From NCBI GenBank assembly GCA_951406725.2, contig OX597822.1, positions 37,448,001-37,512,000 on the forward strand: DNA of 64,000 bases. The letters run 5' to 3'. Source of the stretch: Octopus vulgaris (lineage: Eukaryota). The notes beneath the pieces were generated by a model that was not told the origin of the DNA, did not search any database, and worked only from the letters and a program-made list of their open reading frames with translations. The position numbers were made by a program, and so were the translations under genes. This document shows positions 54,021-64,000 of the stretch, one piece after another (the first letter of the stretch is position 1; each line of letters starts with the position of its first letter).

Positions 54021-54392
54021 TCTCTCTCTATATAAACGGCAGTTTGTCTGTGCGTGTTTCTGCGTGTCTGTTTGCTTGTACCCTCACCCTGACCACGGCT
54101 TTCAACCGATTCTGATGAAACTTGACACACACATAGCCCAATGTCATAATTCAAAACTAACGCAGCGAAAATTTTGAAAAGTTCCCCCAGTTCTGAAAAA
54201 AATCGATAAATTCAACATGGGGTCGAGAATCAGAAACACAAACCGCAAACTGTCTAGGGGACGCAACTCTACCTTTTTTTAACTAAAAAAAGAATTTACC
54301 ATCATTTTTTGCTATTTTGGGGCTATAACTCTCTAAAAATGCTTTATAGTTATTTCCCTTACAAACCTGAGCAACGCCGGGCGATACTACTA

Positions 54393-54393
<1 letters not shown>
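54021..54393 (+). mobile_element. Non-autonomous Helitron
   Basis: 5' A|TC start, 3' hairpin cctgagcaacgccggg followed by CTAG|T, no TSD. Confidence 0.8.
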
Positions 54394-54433
<40 letters not shown>

Positions 54434-54677
54434 TTAGGCATTGCAGTACTAATAACCTGGTGTAGAACTCAATATACGTATGCTTTTGAATGATGTAGTA
54501 GTTGAGTACAGAGCAGTAATAAAATATAAAAAGTAAAAAATTGACATAGAAATAAACAATTATCTTATGAACTTCTTTAGTTTACAGCTGTTTCTGCTAT
54601 AGATGTGGTGGGCTCATAGTTGAGTGTCTGAGTAACACCTTATAGCTTCATCTTTATATATATATATATATATATAT

Positions 54678-54825
54678 ATGTATTTTAACATTTATAAGGA
54701 ACCCTTTTTTGTCAAAAATTAGGTTTAAAAATATGGGAGTTTCTTATATAAGGATAGTAATATAACCCCTTAGAAAAACTTTTTTTCCAAAAATTAGGGG
54801 TTTCCTTATACACATTAAAATACGG
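54678..54825. mobile_element. Tc2/pogo-like MITE
   Basis: ..GTATTTTAA...TATAAGGAACCC vs GGGTTTCCTTATA...TTAAAATACGG-TA. Confidence 0.55.
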
Positions 54826-55672
54826 TATATCTCTCATTTAACGTCTGTCTTCCATACTGGCATTGTGTGTGTGTGTATGCTCACACACACAACAGGCCTC
54901 TTTTACTTTGTCTGCATCCACTCACAAGGCTTTGGTTGACTCAGGGCTATAGTAGAATAGAAGACACTTGTCCCAGGTGTTACGCAATGAGGCTAAATCC
55001 AATGCCTCATGGTTGGGAAGCAAGCTTCTCAACCACACGGCTACATCTGCGCCTATCTGTGAGTGTAAATTTGGTGAAGGGGCATGAGAGGCCAGTTGTT
55101 GACTGTAGCAGCAGGATATGGTTGATTATAGCCATCATGGTGCTTTAATGAGGCCAAATTATTGTTGTTGTTGTTATTATTACACATTACTTTTACACAG
55201 ACTGGAAGGCTACATACACTTTAGATTTCTAGTTGTTTATACATATGTATGTGTGTGTATGTGCCAGCAAACTCGTGTATTTGAATGTTCATATTCATAT
55301 ACATGTGTTTGTATATCTGTGTAATTGTACATATGTGTATGGATGAGTGTACTTGTGTGTGTGTATGTATATATATCCTATGCTTCTATGTTGGTGCTTA
55401 TATTTTGGAGAGTGGGTTTGTGTATAAGTATGTATCTCTGCCTTTGATGTATGTGTTTATATATCTGTATTTGTGTATATTTGTGATGTTTCCGCACACA
55501 CTCACAACCAGACCAGATGGTTATCACTATTAGTGAGTGTTCATTGACCCCACCCACAGACTCCACAATAGTCCCACTATATTTTGTCTCATAAAAGAAA
55601 CCGCCACACCCAAATATGAACCTGATGTTTGTATACTATACTGTGCTGTGTTTTACTGTACTTTGTTGATAG

Positions 55673-55686
55673 GTTGCCATGGAAAC
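55673..55686. promoter_or_regulatory. Candidate RFX X-box
   Basis: GTTGCCATGGAAAC, one mismatch from the palindrome GTTGCCATGGCAAC, in unique sequence. Confidence 0.4.
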
Positions 55687-58600
55687 AAACTCTCTGGACA
55701 AGGTAATTAGTTTCTGTTGCTGAAATTGATCCCATGTCTTTCCAGCCTTTATCAGGGACAAAATTGTACCAAAAACTTAGCTGGTTATACCAACTGTAAC
55801 AAAATAAAATTTATTATGATTTTGTGTGTGTGTGTGTGTGTGTGTGAGTGAGTGTATGCTATGTATATAGGCACAGATATGGCAGTGTGGTTAAGAAGTA
55901 AGCTTTGCAACCATGTGGTTTTGTGTTGCGTCTCCTTCAATGGTGCCTTCGTCAGATCTCTTCTACAGGCACACCAAAGCTGTGTGTGTGAATTTGGTAG
56001 ACAGAAACTGTTTAAGGGCCCATCACACACATACACACACCATTATCCTCATCATCATTTAATAATCCTTGTTCAATGATGGCATAGGTTGTATTGTTTG
56101 GCGGGCTCTGCTGGGTCCAAGTACAGCATTCTGCTCTGCTGCCTACATTGGCATGATCTTTACAGTTGAATGCCCTTTCTACCACCAACCACTTTACAGC
56201 ATTCATTTATTTACTTGTTTCAGTCATTTGACTGCAGCCATGCTGGAGCACTGCCTTTAGTCAAACAAATCAACTACAGGACTTATTCTTTGTAAGCCTA
56301 GTACTTATTCTATTGGTCTCTTTTGCTGAACCATTAAGTTATGAGATGTAAACACACCAATATCAGTTGTCAAGTGATGATTGGGTGGGGGATCAAGCAC
56401 ACGCACACACATGTGATGGGCTTTTTTGTTTCCGTCTACCAATTCCACTCACAAGGCTTTGGCCAACTCGAGGCTATAGATGAAGACATTTGCCCGAGGT
56501 GCCATGCAGTGGAACTGAACCTGGAACCATGTGGTTGGGAAGCAAGCTTCTTACCACACAGCCATGCTGTATGTGTAAGTTGCTTTTTTTTTGTGTTTTG
56601 TTCCACCCTTACTTGTGAGGTTGCCATGCAACTTGCAAGACTATGAACCCCAAGAGATGTAGCTTTATGCTGGGAGATGGGGCTCAGAGTAGAAAAGGTT
56701 TTTTACTGTAGAAGAGCTTCATGGCTACTTACATTTTAGATGAGAGGGTAGGGGATAGTTGAGATGTAGCAAGAGAGAGAGAGAAAACTAACGGTGATGG
56801 AGAATCTGTGTGAACTCTCAAGGTATGAGGTGAGCAGTTGTGAATATGGACAGAAGAGCCAAGAGTATGGGTAGGTGGAGGTTACGAAGGAGTATGGGAG
56901 AGTGAGAGACAACGACTGGGCTAGGCAGTGTCCTAATCAACTTTACATTTCATTTTTTCAGGCTTGATAAAGTAAGGTCATAGTTCTGGGATGAAGGTTG
57001 GTGAAATTGTTAGAGCTTTGGACAAGTTAACTTGTGGTATTTGTTCTAAATCTTTGTAGTCTGAGGTCTTGGGTGAAACTCTTCATTCATGACACCACTC
57101 ACACCACCTTCTCTCCCTAGTCCTAGGGTAACTTCAACAAAACTCATTCTCTTGCAACTATTCAGGCCAGCTCTCTGATTTCCCTGATAAATGGCAAAAT
57201 ATTTCCTGATAATTTGTAATATAGGGCATATTGAATATAACATTTATTTATTCACACAGTTTTGAATTAATCCTGCATTATCTCATAGCTTTGAGATTTC
57301 AATGATATGATTGTTTATTTTTAGAATGGCACTGTCTGAGAAGCCAGATCTGGCCAGTTTAAATGCTAAATGGTGAAGAATAAAATTACAATATATGGCA
57401 CAAGTTGTTCATTAATATTACTTCAGAGATTAAGGAGGTAAGCTGGTAAAACCATTAGCACACCAGACAAAATTCTTAGTGGCGTTTCATCTGACTTTTG
57501 ACATTCTGAGGTCGAATTTCACTGAAGTTTACCTTACCTTTCATCCTTTTTGAGTTGATAAAATAAGTACCTGTTGATGTAATCTTCCCTAAAATTGATG
57601 GCCATGTGCCAAAATTTGAAACCAACATAATTGCAGAGATTACTAAAATTGTATTCTATTCAAAGTAATCAATCACCTCGTTAATTTGATTTCCTATTTT
57701 GTTTTCCTTTTCTTAAAAAGAAAATAGATTTCAAATTTATCTGTAGTTTGCTGTCATTCATATAATGTGTTAAAGAAATGCACAAATAGATACTATATAT
57801 TTTGGAAAACTACGTTTTTACCTGTTCACTACCTTGTTTCAGTCATGGGCATTCAGGCCAGTTCTATGGTTGGAGGCCCTGGAAAAATATAGCTTTATGG
57901 CTGCTGCTCTTCTTTCTCTGACTAGATGATAAGGGAGTAAAAAAAATGCCATGTAAGTGCAGTTGATTGATAAAATATGGAGGGTGATGGGTAAAATGCT
58001 TTGTGATCTGTAGTTACATCCCTTTGTATTTTAAGTTCAAGTCTTGCCAATATCAACTTTATTTCAACTTTTCAAGATGGAATGTCAATCAATTTGGTTA
58101 CTCTCATCTCCACATTATACGCATTTTAGAAGCCATTTTTGTTGTGAGGTTGAGAGATTGAAGAATTGTTAAAGTATTACATGAAATGACTTGTAGTGTA
58201 GACTTTGGTCCCTTTTATGTTCTGTGTTTAAAGTCTACAAAGCTCAATATTGTCTTTTCTTCTGCCAGAGGCAATAAAGTAAATATAAGCCTGTTACTGG
58301 AACCATTAAAATTGCCAAACCCCCACCCCTCTCCCCTGTGTGTGTGGCCCATGTGTCTGGTTTTAAAATTATTTCTATTATCGAGTTAGCAATGGATATC
58401 AGAATCAGTAAAGTGGCAGATAAATACCTTGCAATATTTAGTTCTTTCATTTTCTAAGTGTATTTGTGTAGGTGGTAGTGGTGGTTGTGTTTGCTGATGG
58501 TGATCTTGGTGCTGATGGTGGTCATGACGGTGGTGGTGGTGGTGGCATCTTTTAATGTTGAAAGTGAGATTCTGTTGAAAATGTATTTGCGTGTGTCTAC

Positions 58601-59524
58601 ATTTTTATCTGTTTGTGCGGTTGTGTGCGTCATAAGATAGCATCAAACAGGTGGTTGTGTAGGCCTGTCTGTGGCTCATCCATTTTACAGAGGATGCTTG
58701 TTATTCACTCCCCTCCGCCCTCAATCTCACCCCCACCAACTTGGGCTTGGTGCATCCATTGTTATTTCTGAAACTACTTTCTTGTTTTCTATTTTCCCCT
58801 CCACCTCTCTTTCTCCACTTACTCTTCCCATCACCTCTCCAAAAACCTCCTCCTATACTGCATCTGCCTCATTTGCTTGTGTTGTTTCCAAGTTATATTG
58901 CGTTATAATATATGTATACACACATACATACATGTGTGTATGTGTGTATATGATAGGCACAGACATTGCTGTGTATTTAAGATGCTCGTATCCCAATCAT
59001 ATGATCTTCATGAGGCTTTGTAGAGTCAGGGTCATGAATTTGGATTCATAAAAATGTACTAACAACAACTAAATGTAATTTGTTCAGTGGGGCATTAAAA
59101 TTTTCAATTTCACAAATACTAATTTGACTGTTTTCTCTACTGAAAATAATCAAATCAGATTTATGTTCTTCTATGAAGGAGAGTCTAGTAGAAGCAATTT
59201 TGTTTCTTAGAGCAAGATGCCAGTCAATTTTGGATTTGGACTCTTCTATTTCATTTAACCCTTATTCTATATAGTTACAGTGTTTCTTTAATTAATTTTG
59301 TTTGGATAAACTTTTCAATATCTTACATAATTTTTATTTCATTTAATGTAATATTTCCTGTTACATTCACTTCAATTTTATATTCAAACAATATCTTCCA
59401 GGGGAAGGGTTATATATCTTGAGTTTATTTCTGTTAAAATAGACATTTGTTAAGTTGCTTTAGGTATTCAGTCTTAGTTTTAATTTTGATGTTCTTTCAT
59501 CATCATCCAGTGTTTTAAATCTAG

Positions 59525-59840
59525 GTTTTGTCTCCATTAACAACGGGTGGCCAGATCTACCTCAATGTCAGAGCAACTGCCCTCACACCATCTCACCCAG
59601 TTTTCAGTGCCTTCCCTTCTCAAGCCAACCCTCCCGATCACCTCCTCCACCTGTCCCCTCCATGTTTTCTTTGGTCTACCTTGCTTTTGCATTCCATTTT
59701 ACATCAAACTCAAGCACCCTCCTCAGAACATGCTCCTCATTCCTCCTCAACACACGCCCATACTACTTGCACTCCATTTGCCCTTGCCAGCTGTTCCACC
59801 GATTCCTCCAACCACAGCATCCCCATCAAGTCCTCCTCTT
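59525..59840 (-). mobile_element. RTE LINE 3' coding fragment (different subfamily)
   Basis: Minus: EDLMGMLWLEESVEQLARANGV..YGRVLRRNEEHVLRRVLEFDV...RPKKTWRGQVEE, with frameshifts; typical of RTE C-termini. Confidence 0.75.
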
Positions 59841-60452
59841 TATGTTTTTGCATTGTTAAACAAAGATATTCCTGATTTTCTTTTATAGTATATTTCTTCT
59901 GTAGCTTTTTAAAAAATATGTTGTCTTATGCTTAATTGTAACTTTACCATTGAATAATATAAAAATGCCACAACGGCATAGTTAAAAACTTTAAATCCAA
60001 ACTTAACCAGTTAGGGTGATATAAAATGGCCTGATGGTTCACATTGGTCATGTATGTTATATACAATCTATATGAGAAATATATGGTGAGTCTCATAGTC
60101 GGAGATAAGTTTTGTGTGCTGGCTCTAAGGCCCTATATTTAAATTTCACTATGGAAACAGACTGGGTGAATGTGCTATTGATATTCCAGCTGCTTGTTAG
60201 TTTGAACTAACTAGATATACTATGTTTCTGTTTATTCCTCTAGTGTTTTGTAGCCCTTTAGCACTCAGATCACTCTATCAAAAGTAATGGTTATTTGTTC
60301 ATATTGTTTTGAATTAATCGTGCATTATCTTGTAGATTAAAGATTTCAATGATGTAATTGTTTATTTTTAGAATGACATTGTAGGATAGGGATGAGAGGT
60401 CAGATTTGGTCAGTTTGAACATGAAACAGAATATTTGGGCCAAATATGGTTG

Positions 60453-60955
60453 TGCATTATTTACATTCGACAGATATTTGTCCTCATCTTGTTTGTTGTT
60501 AACACAGTGTTTCGGCTGATATACCTGCCAGCCTTCATCAGATGTCTTGGGGAAATTTCAAACCTGGGTTCTCATTCCTAAGGTATTTTTCATTGTTGTT
60601 GTGGTTGTTGTTCAGGTCACTGCCTGGAATTGAACTCGGAATCTTGAGGTTGCACTCTTAACCGCTAGGCCATATGCCCATAGTGCATATGGTGTCGTAG
60701 TTAAGAGCACGGGCTACTAACCTCAAGATTCCGAGTTTGATTCCAGGCAGTGACCTGAATAATAATAATAATAATAATATTGAAAAATACCTAAGGAATG
60801 AGAACCCAGGTTTGAAATTTCCCTAAGACACTTGATGAAGGCTGGAAGGGTATATCAGCTGAAATGTGCTAACAACAAACAAGATGAGGACAAATATCCG
60901 TCAAATGTAAATAATGTACATAATTCCTCATCTCTTAAATATAGAACTGTATTAT
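60453..60955. mobile_element. Family H retroposon copy 3: head-to-head palindrome of about 500 bp
   Basis: 60453-60680 is the reverse complement of about 60684-60920, centred on catatgcccatagtgcatatg. The right arm ends in the complete terminus. 13-bp TSD CCAAATATGGTTG at 60440-60452 and 60956-60968. Confidence 0.9.
60499..60546 (-). ncRNA. Minimal type I hammerhead ribozyme-like motif
   Basis: Minus strand GACAT-CTGATGA-A-GGCTGG-CAGGTATA-TCAGCC-GAAAC-ACT-GTGTT: intact core, stem II, and stem I GACAT/GTGTT. Confidence 0.7.
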
Positions 60956-62237
60956 CCAAATATGGTTGGTTTAAATGCTAAAGGACTAGGCAATGCATAG
61001 GAATATGGTATATCTAGAAGTGTCAATAGATATATTTGTGGAAGTGGAGTTTTCTAGGAACGGAAGTCTTATGTTTCTATGAAAGTGTCGTAGAGTGAAT
61101 TAAGTGTTTGGAAGGCAAATAGCCCAATTGATATTAGAGGCTAAGCCAATGAGGAATCCACTGCATAGTCATTTGATCTGTGAGAAACAATAACTGAATT
61201 TCCTTTGAAACACTCTCATCTAAAATGGTGAAGAGTATATAAGACAATATAGTCTCAGACACATGTCTTAATAAAAGGCAAGATGGTTGTGGTTGGAATT
61301 TCTTTGGACGTAGGGCTGCTGGTTCAGGGCTATGCTTAGAGCATGTTTCTGTTTTGTTATTATATTTGTATAAAACAGTATAGAAGAGATTATTGGCCAT
61401 CCATATTGGTGGTGATTGTCTGTAGGAGGAACACATGGGGAGAAGTTGGAGTAATTCTAGTGGGATGCAGTTACTGGAGAGGAAGGATTGGATGAGCATT
61501 TGGTGTGGTAGATGGGTGGGAAGGAGATAGAGGGACATGAGTAGAGAAGATATGCTGGTTGCTTGTTCAGAAAAAATAAAAATTGCATGTGTGTATGTTG
61601 CTGATTCACCCAGTAACCCTCTCCCACCACATCTCCTCTTTTACCCCCATCCTTCTGGAGTTTTTTTTTTTATGTTACACATGCATGATGGAGAGGTGGA
61701 TGGGCACAAACCAGGCTCTGATACCTCAAACTTCTGTATTTTATTACTGGTGGGGGGTGGGGGTTCAGGAAATTCTGTTGTTTAGTTTTGTTGAAGGAGT
61801 GAAGAATTAAGGAGTGGGGGAACTGATGGGGCACAGAGAGAGTCTGGTGGATGGGTGGGGATGAAGGTTGGTTTCATCTCTCCCTCAAACATCAGTCTTT
61901 ATACGATGATGATAATGTTAAGGATGCTGATGACAGTAGTGGTGCTGACAAGGATGATGATGTTGATGAGAGATAAAATGGTAAGACTGAAAAATAATTG
62001 GTGGTGATGGCAGCAGAAGGGTGGGGGGTGTCTCTTAACTAATCTGTGCTTCCTTTGATTATAATAATGATGATGATGAAAATAAATGTGAAATGAAAAT
62101 AATAATAAAAACATGCAACAAAAGAAATCTACTACTACTATTGTTAAGATAATGAAATAACCTAAACGAGCAAGTGCGTTTGGGTAGTTGCTGGGGTGTC
62201 ATGTTTCCTGTCTTGTAACCTCAAAGCCATGTCTGTT

Positions 62238-62272
<35 letters not shown>

Positions 62273-63930
62273 TTAAAGATAACGTATAAAAAGAATTGTG
62301 GTGGTGTTGGTTGTGGTGATAAAAAGGAAGGTGGTGGTAGAGGCAGCAGTGGAAGAGGTGAGTGTGGTGAAATGTGGAAGATGGTGCACCTCCTCTTGTT
62401 AATTAATTAATTAAGTTCAAATACTGAAAGGAAATATGAAATGTTTAATTTAAGATAAAATAAAATTTTTTTTACAGTCTTTGTTCCTTTCTTTCATCTT
62501 CTGTTTTCTCTCTATTTCCCCTCTTTCACTATCAAATTTTTTCACTTCTTTAACCGTATTCTTACCTCAAGTCTTATTCTTTCTCATTACTTTGTACATA
62601 CACACAAATTTTTTAAAAACTTATTGTTTTGCTATCGAAACCTGATCCTTTGGATTACTTTTGTTAATTCTCTTTCAAATTTTCCTTTAAATTTAGTTTT
62701 AAGTATAATGTGCTGGTGTATCTTAGGGCAACATGGTTATGGTACAGTAGACTAGTAAGACAGCAGGGGGTCGCTGTTAGTAGGAGAGATTTTGGAAGGT
62801 AAAGGAGGAGGATGAAATAATGTAACTGAATAAATTAAGAGGAGTTAAAAGAAGAACAAGATGAGAAAGGGTGAACAATTTTTAAGAAAATTCCTTTCTT
62901 TTTTCCTTCAAAAATCTTAAAAGTTACTTTTAAGAAAAAAATTTTAAAATAAGTTTTAAAAAAATCCTTCCTGGAACAATTCACAAGATTCCAAAAACTC
63001 AAAAAAGAATCTCAAAGTTTTTCTCTTTTTTCAGAAGTTTGAGAGTTATGAAATTTTAAAGTTTTAAAACTTTCCTAACCTTTCCTACTAATGGCGTTAC
63101 CTTGCTGTCTTATCATATTTAGTTTTAAGCATCACTGGTGAAAAATCTTTTCTCATGAGTTCTTTCTGGCAATATTGGTTATAACAAGGAAAGTTCCAGC
63201 TGCCCTGATCAAAAGAACAGCCTGGTCATGAAATTAATGTGAAGGTGGCTGAGCCTTCCACAGACATGCATCCCCTTAATGTAGTTCTCACAGAATGTAA
63301 CAAGGTTGGCCCCTTGAAATACAGGTACAGCTCATTTTTGCCAGCTGAATGGATTAGAGCAATGTAAAATAAGGTGTCTTGCTCAAGGACACAATGTACT
63401 GCTGTGAATTGAACCCATGACTTTATGATTGTGAGATGAATACCATAACCACTCAGCTACATGCCTTCACTGGCTGTGTGGTAAGAAGCTTGCTTCCCAA
63501 CCGCATGGTACCAGGAGAATACTGTGGGATGAATACCATAACCACTACATCACACACCTTCACTTTCCCCAGGATAGGAATTGCCACACAGCCACACAGT
63601 AGCTTTTCTGTCTCACCTTCCTCACACTCATTGAGGACACAGATACACACACACACACACACACGGAGAGTATCTAGAGCAGTGCTTTTCACACTTTTGT
63701 TACTCCTCCTTGTTACTCCTATGATTCATTGTCCTTCCCCACATTTTAATATAGTTACTCATAATATCAGGTCGGTGTAATTTAGTTCCAGGTACTTGTT
63801 TGATGAAAGTGACTACATAATATAGCACCGCCCAACTTTTAATGAATATTTGATGTATTAGCACTTGACCTTAGTTATTGCTCCGATCTTCAGCATGTGG
63901 CTTTGGCCAAACCCAGATATGTATTCTTTG

Positions 63931-63934
<4 letters not shown>

Positions 63935-63994
<60 letters not shown>

Positions 63995-63995
63995 G
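63935..63995. repeat. (TA)n(CA)n microsatellite
   Basis: Directly visible; dozens of similar tracts throughout the window. Confidence 0.95.
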
Positions 63996-64000
63996 CACGT

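Larger units (their letters stand above)
60251..60989. mobile_element. piggyBac-like MITE (family 2) hosting family H copy 3
   Basis: 60251-60452 and 60956-60989 align to 19086-19310. Confidence 0.8.

Noticed and set aside
60684-60756. Functional tRNA gene
   Set aside because: A/B boxes present but acceptor stem not convincing, and it is embedded in a repeated retroposon.
60453-60950. Tc1/mariner MITE reading of the palindrome (CTGTA end)
   Set aside because: Only one terminus is complete, TSDs are 12-13 bp rather than TA, and a monomeric copy exists at 16252-16795.

Overview
AT-rich, repeat-saturated eukaryotic non-coding DNA (large intron or intergenic region). The SINE complement and the (CA)n/(TA)n/(AAT)n microsatellites look like an Octopus/cephalopod genome; this is recognition from memory, not a database result. 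I found no intact host protein-coding gene, and most listed ORFs are microsatellite or SINE read-throughs. The window holds at least four tRNA-headed SINE families and decayed LINEs (RTE, L1/Tx1, R4/Dong-type). It also holds DNA-transposon relics (pogo/Tigger, mariner foldback, hAT, piggyBac-like, Tc2-like MITEs) and Helitron/Helentron-type elements, often nested. The most unusual signal is a short retroposon present three times (about 16.3, 34.7-36.7 and 60.5 kb). It joins a tRNA-derived Pol III head to a Penelope-type minimal hammerhead-ribozyme motif, has 12-13 bp target-site duplications, and integrates as fold-back structures of variable length. Other degenerate hammerhead-like motifs, SINE pile-ups in (AAT)n tracts and two RFX X-box motifs in unique-sequence islands also merit checking.
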